Counted from the first letter of the stretch, positions 28,592 through 38,701 are shown. The stretch: DNA of 64,000 nt from Candidatus Methanomethylophilaceae archaeon (GCA_963590665.1 CAVAPR010000004.1:10492-74491); one strand, 5' to 3'. A program made the numbers and translations. Notes: generated by a model from the letters alone, not told the origin.

Positions 28592-30070
28592 CTATATTTC
28601 ACCAAGGCTATCAATTTTGAATGTACAGCCAATTTCTTCTTGTGCAAGTACTGTAATATCATTGATATACATAGATAACAATGTAAAGAATATTTGTCTG
28701 TAATCCATTGGAACAATCAATTTTGGAGAATAAATATTTAATTTTTTAGCTTTCTTTTGGATTTTTAATGCCAATTTTTCAGCAACTTCTCCATCAATTT
28801 TAATCAATGAATCTTCAGTTTCATCACAGCCTAGAACAATATCAGAATATGTTTTTTCTGAAAGTTCAAATGCGCTAATAGTTTCACCATCTTCGTTTGT
28901 ATATTTTCTACAAATTTGTCTTGATAAAGATAACCTAATTTTGTTCAGTATGTCTGCCTTGCTGCCTTCTTCTGCAAAATCATTAATTTTTTCAAAAATG
29001 TAGGTGATATTTTTAATTGAAACTTTTTCTTTTATCAAACTTGTCATAATATATTTCAAATCTGAATATGTTAGCAAATCTGGAATAATATTTTCAATCA
29101 AGAAATCATTTTCCTTTTCAACAACTTCTAAATATTTATCAATATCATCATAATCAAGCAAATCATCAACATACTTTATAGCAACATACTCTAAAGCTTT
29201 TGAAATATATTCAGATGAAGTTATACCTTTTTGCCAAAAATCTTTGGTTTTGTCTTTTTCTACCCAAGTAACCTTTCTTCCTGTAATTTCATCAACAGCA
29301 GAAATTGAGTTCTTAATCTTATGTTCTGTATGAAGTTCATCAGCATAAAACATCAAATATCCTGGGCAAACACCAGCTCTAAAAACTTCCATTCCACGAA
29401 TGCGAATACTAAATTCACAAGAGTTTAGATTTTCATCATCTTTAAATACAACTTTTGGAATAATATAACCAACTTCTTCTGTCAATTTCAATCTAGATTT
29501 AACAGTTTCAGCAATAAGTTCTTCGCCAGAATTATCTCTTTCAGAATCAACAAATCCCAAAAGTTCTTCACTTAAATAAATAGTAAGTTTTTCTTCATGA
29601 AGTTTTGAATACATCAAATCTGGTGAAGTTGCTTTGTTCAAATGAGCTTTCAAATCATCTAATTCTTTCAAACCTGCAGAAATTTTATCGTTCAATTTGT
29701 TTCTTGAAACAGTTGCAGGAGCTTCGTTATCCAATTCAGCTTTGATTTTATTTATCTTATTTTTCTGAGAACGAATTTGAGATTGAATTTCAAGACATTT
29801 TTCATATTCGGTCAATTTTGGAGAAAGCATTTTTTCCATTTGACTTTTAAAATCAGAAATATTGATTATGTCACTATCAGAATTGTTTTCAGGTTTAGAT
29901 GGTCGCATAAAAATACAATTCATCTGAGGATTTTCTTCATCTCCAGATTCGTGCATACTATATAATTCCCAACCATTCATTGACATTTCGTTGAGTAAAT
30001 TTTGTAAATCCTGAGCATTTTCTGTTGAACATGTTTTAATCACATATTCCATTCTATTTTTACCGAACAT
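28592..30070 (-). CDS. soluble protein with FlhA C-terminal (FHIPEP cytoplasmic) domain, N-terminal DUF4177-like domain and coiled coil
   Basis: Residues ~160-490 are colinear with FlhA_C. VGYIIPKVVFKDDENLNSCEFSIRIRGMEVFRAGVCPGYL matches the FlhA pattern G(F/I)V.P.VRIRDN..L.P.EY.IKIKG.EVA.GE. LIKEKVSIKNITYIFEKINDFAEEG matches Bacillus-type LLKEKVSIRNLVTIFETLADYG (recalled from memory). No TM segments. Confidence 0.75.
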   Translation of the reverse strand: MFGKNRMEYVIKTCSTENAQDLQNLLNEMSMNGWELYSMHESGDEENPQMNCIFMRPSKPENNSDSDIINISDFKSQMEKMLSPKLTEYEKCLEIQSQIRSQKNKINKIKAELDNEAPATVSRNKLNDKISAGLKELDDLKAHLNKATSPDLMYSKLHEEKLTIYLSEELLGFVDSERDNSGEELIAETVKSRLKLTEEVGYIIPKVVFKDDENLNSCEFSIRIRGMEVFRAGVCPGYLMFYADELHTEHKIKNSISAVDEITGRKVTWVEKDKTKDFWQKGITSSEYISKALEYVAIKYVDDLLDYDDIDKYLEVVEKENDFLIENIIPDLLTYSDLKYIMTSLIKEKVSIKNITYIFEKINDFAEEGSKADILNKIRLSLSRQICRKYTNEDGETISAFELSEKTYSDIVLGCDETEDSLIKIDGEVAEKLALKIQKKAKKLNIYSPKLIVPMDYRQIFFTLLSMYINDITVLAQEEIGCTFKIDSLGEI

Positions 30071-30075
30071 AAAAT

Positions 30076-30837
30076 CTATCCTTTTATTAATATTTTAATC
30101 GCTTCAATAGCTGTTTTAATCGCTTTTTCCGTATCGTGAACAACGGGATTTTCAAGTCCTTGTTTTTCTCTTTCTTGGTTTGCAACAACCAAAAATACAG
30201 AACCGACTTTAACTTTCAAAAAACTTGCAACAACAAATAATGCCGCAGATTCCATCTCAGAAGCCAAGCAACCTAAACGTTTCCAAGCTTCCCATTTGTT
30301 TTGCAATTCATAAGATACTGGCATTATTTCTGGATTATGTTGACCATAAAAAGCATCCTTGCACTGAACAACCCCTGTATGACAAGGATAACCCAGATTT
30401 TTAGAAGCTTGAACCAAAGCATTTGTTACATCCAAATTTGCAACAGCTGGAAATTCAATTGGAGCATACTCTTTAGAAGTTCCTTCCATTCTAATTGCAC
30501 CAGTTGCAATAACAATATCACCACCCTTGATGTCAACTTGCATTCCACCACAAGTTCCAACACGAATAAATGTTTTAGCTCCGCATTTTACAAGTTCTTC
30601 CATTGCAATTGAAGCAGAAGGACCACCAATACCAGTAGAAGTTACACTAACCTTCACACCATCTAAATAACCAGTATATGTGACAAATTCTCTTCTATCT
30701 GCCACAAGTTGAGGATTATCAAAATACTGTGCAATCTTTTGACATCTTTTGGGGTCACCTGGCAAAATTACATATTCACCAACATCACCAGCTTTAATAC
30801 CAACATGATACTGTGTTCCATCTTCTGAGTATTTCAT
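30076..30837 (-). CDS. udp: uridine phosphorylase
   Basis: 253 aa. [22 protein letters not shown] and EMESAAL blocks match the Udp/PNP-UDP_1 family and are closest to the Udp pattern. Confidence 0.85.
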   Translation of the reverse strand: MKYSEDGTQYHVGIKAGDVGEYVILPGDPKRCQKIAQYFDNPQLVADRREFVTYTGYLDGVKVSVTSTGIGGPSASIAMEELVKCGAKTFIRVGTCGGMQVDIKGGDIVIATGAIRMEGTSKEYAPIEFPAVANLDVTNALVQASKNLGYPCHTGVVQCKDAFYGQHNPEIMPVSYELQNKWEAWKRLGCLASEMESAALFVVASFLKVKVGSVFLVVANQEREKQGLENPVVHDTEKAIKTAIEAIKILIKG

Positions 30838-30857
30838 ATTTCTCCTTTATAAGTTAA

Positions 30858-30912
30858 AAAGCGGATAAGTCAAAATAAATTTTATCTAAAAATCTATAAA
30901 CTTATCCACTTT
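30858..30912. repeat. minimal repeat unit (two inverted 8-mer ends only)
   Basis: GCGGATAAGTC ... AACTTATCCAC: inverted GGATAAGT/ACTTATCC ends about 35 nt apart, related to the edges of the large blocks. Confidence 0.5.
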
Positions 30913-30920
30913 AACAAATA

Positions 30921-31364
30921 CTATTTTAATTGTTGAATAATCAAATCAGTTACATCAACACCACCAACAAAAATTACTTGGTCAGATAAGATTGCATCCA
31001 ATCTTTGTGAAACCATAACTGATTTTGCAGCAGCTTGAACTTGGTTTAAAATTTGAGTTTCTTTGTCGCTTCTCAATTTATATAAAGCATCTTGTTTTGC
31101 TTTAAATTCATTAGCTGTTTGAGTTTCAAAATTTTGTTTCTTTAATGGAGTATCCAAAGTTTTGTATTGTTTTTCTTTTTCAAGCATATATTGTTGAAGT
31201 TCAAGACCTTTTGCATCAATATCTTTTACAGCTTGTTGAGCAGCAGGATAATTGTCTAAAACTTTTTGGTAATCTAAATAACCAACTTCAGCGTTAGCAC
31301 TTGTACCAATTGAGAAAGTTAAACCTACAGCTGCTAATAGAGCCATCAATTTTATTTTTTTCAT
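30921..31364 (-). CDS. OmpH/Skp-family periplasmic chaperone
   Basis: 147 aa with a signal peptide (ALLAAVGLTFSIGTSANA) and coiled-coil-rich body. Lies immediately downstream of bamA, the canonical arrangement. Confidence 0.7.
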   Translation of the reverse strand: MKKIKLMALLAAVGLTFSIGTSANAEVGYLDYQKVLDNYPAAQQAVKDIDAKGLELQQYMLEKEKQYKTLDTPLKKQNFETQTANEFKAKQDALYKLRSDKETQILNQVQAAAKSVMVSQRLDAILSDQVIFVGGVDVTDLIIQQLK

Positions 31365-31389
31365 AGTTCCTCCTATTTATTTTTTATAA

Positions 31390-33399
31390 TTAATATAATA
31401 AATCACCTACACCAAATGTAAAGTATCCATTTTTAGAACCGTTATTACCAGGGTTAGTAAGTGGAATACCATAATCAATTGATAATGGTCCCATTCCAGG
31501 GATAAATACCTTCAACCCAACACCAGCAGATACTGCGTACATTGGTCTATCATATAGCTTGTTGGTAATTGTACCATCAAATACTTTACCAGCATCAGCC
31601 CAAACTGTGAATCTCAAATTGTTTAAGAACGCAATTCTTGTTCTATCCAAGAAAGGAATTGGTGTTGCAAATTCAGCAGAACCCATTACAAAAGCGTTAC
31701 CTGTACCAACACCGCTCATCTTGAAACCTCTAACAGTATAAGGTCCACCTAAACGATATGCCATAACTTCTGGAATATCACCATGAATTGCACCGCCGCC
31801 CTTAACTGTGAAAGATAAAGATGACTTCTTCGCAACTGGAACATACTGTTTAATCATACCAGTAAGTTTACCGTTAGTTTTGTCAAATCCATTTAGCCCA
31901 ATATTTTCATCAAATCTCAAACTTGCCATTGTACCGTGTCTTGTTACTGTAGCAGAATCACGTGTATCATATAACAATGCTGGGCTCAAAGATAAGAACA
32001 ATCCGCCTTCCAATTGTTTTGCACGGTCAGAAATTGGAATATTATATCTTCTATATAATGCAGAAATACCATTGAAATCGCCTTCTTTAACATCAATATT
32101 TTCTGCACCTAAACTGAATGTTGCAGTTGCGTGTCTGTTAAATTTAAGCTTGTGAGCCAAAGTAACTTCACCGCCATATCTTCTTTCAACCGCCAACGGA
32201 ACTTGGTACGAACCAAAATCTCTGAAGAAAATTCTAGTGTTTAAAGAAGTATCAGCATTATAAAAATATGGTTTGAAATAACTCAATTCAGCTTGAATAT
32301 TCATGTGGTCTTTAACAGATGAATCGTTAAGAATTACACCAGTACCAACTAAACCAGTTAATGAAAGTCTTTCACATCTGCCACGGAAATTGTTTTCTGT
32401 AATCCCCATAGAACCGAACAAACCAGTAACTGTATCCAAACCACCACCAACAGAAATACTTGCAGTTCTTTGTTCTTGAATTTTGATAGTAATATCATAC
32501 GCATCTGGAATATCTTCACTCGGTTCAATTTCTCTTGTTACATCTTTGAACGCTTGAGTTGCATATAATCTTACCAAATCTTCTTTAATAAGATTTTCGT
32601 TATAAATCATTCCTGGTTCTGTCAAAATGTTTCTAGCAACGATATAATCCTTAGTTTTTTCGTTACCTTCAATCATAATTTTGTCGATGATACCTTCTTT
32701 GATACTAATATTGATTGTACCATCTGGGTCATCTGTAACAGAATCAATTCTTGCAAGAATATAACCTTTCTCTTGGTATAAATCTTGAATTTTGGAGATT
32801 GCAATGTTTAGTTGAGTAATATTTTGAGGTTTTCCTTTCATGCCAGTCAAAGTAGCTAAAATATCTTCAGTAGGAATTACGGAATTACCCTCAATAGTAA
32901 AATCTTTTACAGGAATGTTTTCTTCCACAACAATTTTTACAGAAACTGTTCCGTCTGGATTAGTTGTCGGAATAGCTTTCATCTTTTCGGTAAAATATCC
33001 TGTTTCGTAAATAGTTTTCAAATCTGTTTGCATTTTTTCACGAGTATATTCTTCACCCGCTTTCATTTGCATTTTATCTGTAATTTCAGATTGTGGAACA
33101 GAATTTAATCCATAGAATTCAATACTCTTAATAGTTTTGTTTTCTTTACTTACAGAAGAGGTTGTTGTTTGAGTAGATAAATTTGTTGGATATTGTTTTG
33201 TTGAAATATCTGGAGTTTGATTATTTGATGGAGTTGTATATTTTTCAAACACTGTATTAGCGTAATCATTGTTATACTGCACAGAATCGTCAGAAAGACC
33301 CATTCCTCCCCAAACATCATCCACAGCAAAACTTGAATTTTGAGATAAAAATACCAAAATAGCCGCAAATACTAACTTTTTTGTAACATTAAAGTTCAA
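31390..33399 (-). CDS. bamA: outer membrane protein assembly factor BamA
   Basis: Signal peptide, POTRA-like repeats (IKSIEFYGLNSV..., VKDFTIEGNSV..., IDKIMIEGNEKT), and a C-terminal beta-barrel ending in aromatic ...FGVGDLLY. Confidence 0.9.
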   Translation of the reverse strand: MNFNVTKKLVFAAILVFLSQNSSFAVDDVWGGMGLSDDSVQYNNDYANTVFEKYTTPSNNQTPDISTKQYPTNLSTQTTTSSVSKENKTIKSIEFYGLNSVPQSEITDKMQMKAGEEYTREKMQTDLKTIYETGYFTEKMKAIPTTNPDGTVSVKIVVEENIPVKDFTIEGNSVIPTEDILATLTGMKGKPQNITQLNIAISKIQDLYQEKGYILARIDSVTDDPDGTINISIKEGIIDKIMIEGNEKTKDYIVARNILTEPGMIYNENLIKEDLVRLYATQAFKDVTREIEPSEDIPDAYDITIKIQEQRTASISVGGGLDTVTGLFGSMGITENNFRGRCERLSLTGLVGTGVILNDSSVKDHMNIQAELSYFKPYFYNADTSLNTRIFFRDFGSYQVPLAVERRYGGEVTLAHKLKFNRHATATFSLGAENIDVKEGDFNGISALYRRYNIPISDRAKQLEGGLFLSLSPALLYDTRDSATVTRHGTMASLRFDENIGLNGFDKTNGKLTGMIKQYVPVAKKSSLSFTVKGGGAIHGDIPEVMAYRLGGPYTVRGFKMSGVGTGNAFVMGSAEFATPIPFLDRTRIAFLNNLRFTVWADAGKVFDGTITNKLYDRPMYAVSAGVGLKVFIPGMGPLSIDYGIPLTNPGNNGSKNGYFTFGVGDLLY

Positions 33400-33480
33400 A
33401 ATTTATTCCTTAACAAACTCTCACTACTCTCCAATAAAAAGTTTAGCATAAATTCATGAAAAAGTACAAAAAATTTACAT

Positions 33481-34293
33481 CTATTTACCTATTGCAAGTT
33501 TGTATATTTTATTTTTGTTAAAACCGTATAATTCAGACAAAATTATAGAAATATCTTTAGCACTGAAACCTTTGTCCTGCAATAGTTTTATCCTAATTTC
33601 AATTTCATTTTCTTCGGAATTTTTTTCACTTCGGAAAATCATTACAACAAATTCCCCTTTTGAAATATTTTCCTCAAAATATTTTATAACATTTTCGATT
33701 TTATCAATAACAACTTCTTCAAAAACTTTAGTTAATTCTCTACCAACGGCAACTTTTGCATCTGGTCGAACATTCTGAATAATTTTAAGTGTATTTATAA
33801 TTCTATTAGGTGATTCATAAAAAACAAAATCGTTATTTATATAATCTTTTGCAATATTTTCAATTTGAATTTGAGTTTTCGGTAAAAATCCTACAAACGA
33901 AAATTTTTCATCAACTCTTGAAACTCTTGAAAGAAAAGTAACAACAGCATTTGCCCCAGGGAGAGATGTTATAGAAAAACCTCTTTCCGTCAATTCTTTC
34001 ACAATTACAGACCCAGGGTCACAAATCAAAGGAGTTCCAGCATCAGAAACAAGCGCCATTTTTCCACCACCTTCTAAAAACTCAACAATTTGTGAAATGC
34101 GTTCTTTTTCATTGTATTTGTGATAAGAAACGCACTTAGTTTTGATATTAAAGTGGTTAAGAAGTTTTTGAGTAACCCTGCTATCCTCGCAAGCAATCAA
34201 ATCAACTGACTTCAAAACTTCAATTGCACGCAACGTAATATCTTCCAAATTGCCGATAGGTGTCGGAACTATATAAAAATCAAATTCTTTCAT
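33481..34293 (-). CDS. rsmI: 16S rRNA (cytidine1402-2'-O)-methyltransferase
   Basis: FYIVPTPIGNLEDITLRAIEVLKSVDLIACEDSR is the tetrapyrrole-methylase-fold RsmI N-terminus. Confidence 0.9.
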   Translation of the reverse strand: MKEFDFYIVPTPIGNLEDITLRAIEVLKSVDLIACEDSRVTQKLLNHFNIKTKCVSYHKYNEKERISQIVEFLEGGGKMALVSDAGTPLICDPGSVIVKELTERGFSITSLPGANAVVTFLSRVSRVDEKFSFVGFLPKTQIQIENIAKDYINNDFVFYESPNRIINTLKIIQNVRPDAKVAVGRELTKVFEEVVIDKIENVIKYFEENISKGEFVVMIFRSEKNSEENEIEIRIKLLQDKGFSAKDISIILSELYGFNKNKIYKLAIGK

Positions 34294-34362
34294 AAGTTGA
34301 TTATAGGATAAAAGGAAACAAGGGACAAGGGAAGAAGGTCAATAAAAGACTATAAGTTAAAA
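34294..34362. repeat. left-edge-type repeat segment
   Basis: AAGTTGATTATAGGATAAAAGGAAACAAGGGACAAGGGAAGAAGG...GACTATAAGT. Related in inverted orientation to the right edge at 35320-35440. Confidence 0.5.
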
Positions 34363-34416
34363 AACAGGTCAGAACATTTGTCCTAACCTGCTTTATTTAA
34401 AATTATCTTATAATTC

Positions 34417-34878
34417 CTAATGAACATCTATATCTTCTGGGTCTTGATTTTTACAATAAATATAAGCAACTAACGCACCCAAAGAACCTAAACCTGGGAT
34501 AACAGCAGGTAAAGTTGCAAGAGTTTGGTCACGTTTAATCTGTTTGATTAACTTTTTATCTTCTTTTAAATCCAAATCAAATTTTTCAGCAATTGTTTTA
34601 TCTGAACGTAAGGCATAATACAAAGTACTAAACCCTTCACCAAAAATTGACCATCCCGCAGCTTTAGCTCTTGCTTTTTGAACAATTGCTTGTTTATCAG
34701 CTTTTGTCAATTCTCTTTTGCCTTCTTTGTGTTGAATTTCAAAAGAATCTTCTGGCATTTCGGCATTCAAAGCAGCTTTTTCATCTACACTATTTGCCTT
34801 TTCTACATTTTCTGTTTTACCTTTAAAATTCACATAATTAACAGGACTATAATTCGAAACCCCAGAAATTTGAGTCAT
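34417..34878 (-). CDS. hypothetical tail-anchored membrane protein
   Basis: 153-aa ORF with a C-terminal hydrophobic helix LPAVIPGLGSLGALVAYIY. Confidence 0.5.
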   Translation of the reverse strand: MTQISGVSNYSPVNYVNFKGKTENVEKANSVDEKAALNAEMPEDSFEIQHKEGKRELTKADKQAIVQKARAKAAGWSIFGEGFSTLYYALRSDKTIAEKFDLDLKEDKKLIKQIKRDQTLATLPAVIPGLGSLGALVAYIYCKNQDPEDIDVH

Positions 34879-35062
34879 ATCAAAACCTTTCTATTTTCAC
34901 ACTACACACTATGATAAAAACAGGTCTTTTTAATTTTTTGCATGAGAATAGATAAATTTCACCCAACCTCATCGTATCATATAGAGCATTATAACTAGAT
35001 TTGCGACTCTTTAAAACTTGTATTTACATTCTGTTACAATTAAAGAAAAACTTAACGCAATC

Positions 35063-35440
35063 GTCATCCTGAGCAGAGCGAAGGATCTCTAACATAGGCG
35101 TTCTGATAGAGATTCCGAACTAAATTCGGAATGACTGTTGCGCACAACTCTCTCCAAGGGAGACACTAGCCGAACAGGTGAAGCGAAGCTGAACCTTGTG
35201 AGACTGCGTACCTTTAGGTTGAGTGAAATTGTCTTTAAGCTGTTGCGAAAAGATACAATTTCGAGAGAGGGTTTTTCTTTTATAATCAACCCCTCTCCCT
35301 ACCCTCTCCCTCGGAGAGGGTGACTTATCCACTTATGGACTTATCAACTCTTTATGTAATGAACTTATTCCCTTATTTCCTTCTTCCTTTTCCCTTGTAA
35401 CGAACTTATCCACTTATCAACTTATAGACCTATAGACTTT
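35063..35440. repeat. mosaic palindromic repeat block 4
   Basis: Contains a GTCATCCTGAGCAGAGCGAAGGATCTCT module, an AGAGATTCCGAACTAAATTCGGAATGAC hairpin, a CTCTCCAAGGGAGA hairpin split by a 57-nt insert (35164-35220), CCCTCTCC hairpins, and an ACTTAT 8-mer array at the right edge. Confidence 0.9.
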
Positions 35441-35444
35441 TTAA

Positions 35445-35924
35445 TTAGTTCATAGACTCCAACAACACAACCGCATTAGCTTCTATCGCAAGTTTTTGAC
35501 CAACCGCATCTAGCTTTTCTTTTGTTTTTGCTTTGATAGAAAAATCATCTGGATTAGTACTTAAAATTTTGCACAAAACTTCTTTCATCTTAGGAATATA
35601 AGGCATCATCTTTGGTGCTTGAGCAATAATATTACTGTCTATATTTACAATCTTATACCCCTTTGACTGAACAAGTTCGTAAACATGTTTAAGCAAAATT
35701 GTACTATCAATATCTTTATATTTTGGGTCTGTATCTGGAAAAAGAGTTCCAATATCATCTAATGCTAAAGCTCCTAGAAGTCCATCTATTATTGCATGGA
35801 TTAACACATCAGCATCAGAATGACCAAGAAGCCCTTTTTCGTGAGTAATTTTCACACCGCCAAGTATCAAATCTCTTCCTTCAACAAGTTTGTGAATATC
35901 ATATCCAATGCCGATTCTATACAT
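35445..35924 (-). CDS. ispF: 2-C-methyl-D-erythritol 2,4-cyclodiphosphate synthase
   Basis: [13 protein letters not shown]...[14 protein letters not shown]...DIG..FP motifs. Confidence 0.95.
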   Translation of the reverse strand: MYRIGIGYDIHKLVEGRDLILGGVKITHEKGLLGHSDADVLIHAIIDGLLGALALDDIGTLFPDTDPKYKDIDSTILLKHVYELVQSKGYKIVNIDSNIIAQAPKMMPYIPKMKEVLCKILSTNPDDFSIKAKTKEKLDAVGQKLAIEANAVVLLESMN

Positions 35925-36005
35925 TTTTGAACTCTCCTTTTTATTAAAAAATTATAGCACGGATTGAGTAAATATGTTATAATTAGAAAAGAATAGAGGA
36001 TTAAA

Positions 36006-36356
36006 ATGGATTTCCAAGCTCCACCAAGTTCAGTTGTCGTATCAAGACCCGCTGCGCAAGAAACATCTACAGGATGTGCAGTTTGTGATGGCGATTATGA
36101 ATACGATTATGATTTACCATTTTATTATTCACCATCTGGAGTTTTCACCGTATTTGGTTATCTTCTTCTTTTTCTTGTTGGGCTTTTCATTATTTCACAA
36201 GCCATAATATTATCTCTCATTGGCATTATTGCATTCTTTAGAAAAAATATTATCAAATGTCCAAAATGTAAAAAAGTTTTCAAAAAAGAGAACAAAAATC
36301 TTACACATTGTCCATTCTGCGGAACAGAGTTATACCCACAAAAACATCCAAACTAA
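36006..36356 (+). CDS. small membrane protein with C-terminal zinc ribbon
   Basis: 116 aa. TM region FGYLLLFLVGLFIISQAIILSLIGIIAFF, then CPKC...CPFC. Confidence 0.5.
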   Translation: MDFQAPPSSVVVSRPAAQETSTGCAVCDGDYEYDYDLPFYYSPSGVFTVFGYLLLFLVGLFIISQAIILSLIGIIAFFRKNIIKCPKCKKVFKKENKNLTHCPFCGTELYPQKHPN

Positions 36357-36364
36357 ATATAAAA

Positions 36365-37165
36365 TTAGTCCAATGGTTGAATTACAAATTTATTTATAGC
36401 TTTTACAAATCCGTCATTTTCAACAGTGTCAGTAATAAAGTCTGCGCATTCTTTTAATTCTGGAGTGGCATTCCCCATTGCAACACCAATTCCACCGCAT
36501 TGCACAAGATCAATATCATTATTTTGATCACCAATTGTTAAAACATCTTCGGGCTTAATTCCCCACATGTGACACAAAAAATGAACTCCGTTTGATTTTT
36601 TTGCATCTTTACTGCCAATTTCGCAGAAGTATGGAGTTGACTTAACAATATACAAATCTGGGTATTTTTCTCTCAACAAATTTACCCAACCAGTAACTTT
36701 TTCTGGGTCGTTTAAATCAATTGCAAGAATTTTATTTACATTTTTAATCTCTAAATCATCAAATGAACAAACCGTATAATCAATAAATTTTCCATCTGTA
36801 TAACTTTTCACAATTTCGTTATCATGTTCAACATACAATTTGTCATCCAAGTACAAATTGATATGAATATCATTTTCTCTAGCCCATTGAATAATTTCTT
36901 TTGCGTAATCTTCATTCAATGTTTCTTGAAAAAGAGTTTCGCCATCTATAGTTCTAATAAGTCCGCCTTGATATGAAATAATCGGAGTATCTAACCCAAG
37001 TTCTTTTGCAACAGGTAAAGTTGCGCAGTGCATTCTTCCTGTGACAAGAACCATTTTGATTTTCGCATCCTTCAATCTTTTCACACAATTTTTCATTGCA
37101 GAAGAAAAATCCAATCCCCATTTGAGAATTGTTCCGTCAATATCTGTTGCAATCATTTTTATCAT
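36365..37165 (-). CDS. Cof-type HAD-IIB family hydrolase
   Basis: IATDIDGTIL (DxD nucleophile motif), VLVTGR, and GDQNNDIDL. Confidence 0.85.
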   Translation of the reverse strand: MIKMIATDIDGTILKWGLDFSSAMKNCVKRLKDAKIKMVLVTGRMHCATLPVAKELGLDTPIISYQGGLIRTIDGETLFQETLNEDYAKEIIQWARENDIHINLYLDDKLYVEHDNEIVKSYTDGKFIDYTVCSFDDLEIKNVNKILAIDLNDPEKVTGWVNLLREKYPDLYIVKSTPYFCEIGSKDAKKSNGVHFLCHMWGIKPEDVLTIGDQNNDIDLVQCGGIGVAMGNATPELKECADFITDTVENDGFVKAINKFVIQPLD

Positions 37166-37178
37166 ACCAAACCTCTTA

Positions 37179-37712
37179 TTAATCTTTTAGCATATCTGCT
37201 CTTGCAATTGTACAGATTGTTTTTGCATCATTAATCTTTCCACTCTTAATCATATTTTTTACTTCAACAAGTGGAAATTCAAAACATTTAATAATTTCAC
37301 CCTCGTCAGGATGTTCACCAACAAACTCTAAACCTGTAGCAAGATACAAGTACAATTTTTCAGTACAAATCCCAGGAGTTGTATTGATATAACCTAAAGA
37401 AGTCCAATTACGTGCTTGATAACCAGTTTCTTCTTCTAATTCTCTTTTGCAAGCATCGTCTGGATTTTCACCAACTTCTAATTTCCCAGCTGGGAGTTCA
37501 TAAACAGTTTCTTTCAATGGATAACGATATTGTTTAACAAGAAGAATTGTATCTTCATCCTTCTTTGCCAAAATTACAACACCGCCAGAATGTAAAATCA
37601 CTTCTCTAAAAGATTTGTGACCATCTGCAACTTCAACGTCATCTTTTATTACAGTAATAACTTTTCCATCATAAACAACTTTGGAATTTAATGTTTTCTC
37701 TTCAAAATTCAT
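37179..37712 (-). CDS. NUDIX hydrolase (ADP-ribose pyrophosphatase-like)
   Basis: Nudix box GKLEVGENPDDACKRELEEETGY. Confidence 0.85.
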   Translation of the reverse strand: MNFEEKTLNSKVVYDGKVITVIKDDVEVADGHKSFREVILHSGGVVILAKKDEDTILLVKQYRYPLKETVYELPAGKLEVGENPDDACKRELEEETGYQARNWTSLGYINTTPGICTEKLYLYLATGLEFVGEHPDEGEIIKCFEFPLVEVKNMIKSGKINDAKTICTIARADMLKD

Positions 37713-37764
37713 AGAAAGATAATAACATAAATCCCTATAATGAGAAAAGTATTTTTACAAAAAA

Positions 37765-38586
37765 TTACACCTCAGAAACATCTGGTAAATCAATACTTTT
37801 TAATCTTTGCTCAATACGACGATACCATTTTAGATGTTGTTTAAACAAAATCTTGTAGTCATCCATATTACCTTGAGAAATATTTTTAAATTGCTCATCA
37901 GAAGTTTGAGTTAATGCAGCTTCTAAGAATTTTGTATATTCGTGTCTATTGATATTTTCATCAGTTAATTCAATACGTTTACCAAAATCAACAATTACTT
38001 CTGGTCTATTATCACGCAAGAAGCAATAATCAATTGAAACAGGAATTAAATTAACTTTACCATATCTTTTCACTGCATTGTGAGCAATATAAGCTAAACC
38101 TGTTTGGAATTTGTATGGTCTGAAGTGAGGTGGTCTAATAATACCTTGAGGGAAAATACATAAAACATTTCTCAAATCCCCAAGAACATCTACTGAATAT
38201 TGCAAAGCTTTCATTGCAGATTGAGCAGATTTTTTGTTAACAGAATAAGCACCACCACGTCTAAGAAGTGGAAATCTATTCAACTCTTCAACCATCAAAC
38301 GAATTTCTTTATGGCAAATTCTGTGAGTAATATTGTACATAACAATACCATCCCACCAGTTACAATGAGGCGCAAAAAGAATTGTTGGGGTATTTTTATC
38401 TCTTTCAGTATAATTTTCTTCCCCTGTATATCTAAATGCGTAAAATCTATTTTGAAGCATATTAAAGAAGAACAAACTCGCAATAGTAAGCCAAAAGCGA
38501 TTTGTCTTTGCTGGTTTGAATTTCTCCTCTTTATTCCTTAATTTTGTAGGCGGAATATCTGAATATAATTTTTCCTCTGTTGCCAT
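37765..38586 (-). CDS. lysophospholipid acyltransferase (PlsC family)
   Basis: HxxxxD motif HCNWWD and FPQG(I)IRPP block. Confidence 0.75.
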   Translation of the reverse strand: MATEEKLYSDIPPTKLRNKEEKFKPAKTNRFWLTIASLFFFNMLQNRFYAFRYTGEENYTERDKNTPTILFAPHCNWWDGIVMYNITHRICHKEIRLMVEELNRFPLLRRGGAYSVNKKSAQSAMKALQYSVDVLGDLRNVLCIFPQGIIRPPHFRPYKFQTGLAYIAHNAVKRYGKVNLIPVSIDYCFLRDNRPEVIVDFGKRIELTDENINRHEYTKFLEAALTQTSDEQFKNISQGNMDDYKILFKQHLKWYRRIEQRLKSIDLPDVSEV

Positions 38587-38701
38587 AAATCTATTGTACC
38601 CTAACTAAATAAAAAATAAAATATTCACTTAAGAAAACTTAACCCTTATATCATACGCTTATGGCACAAAAAATGCAAGCTGTCCAAAAGGATTAATTAA
38701 A

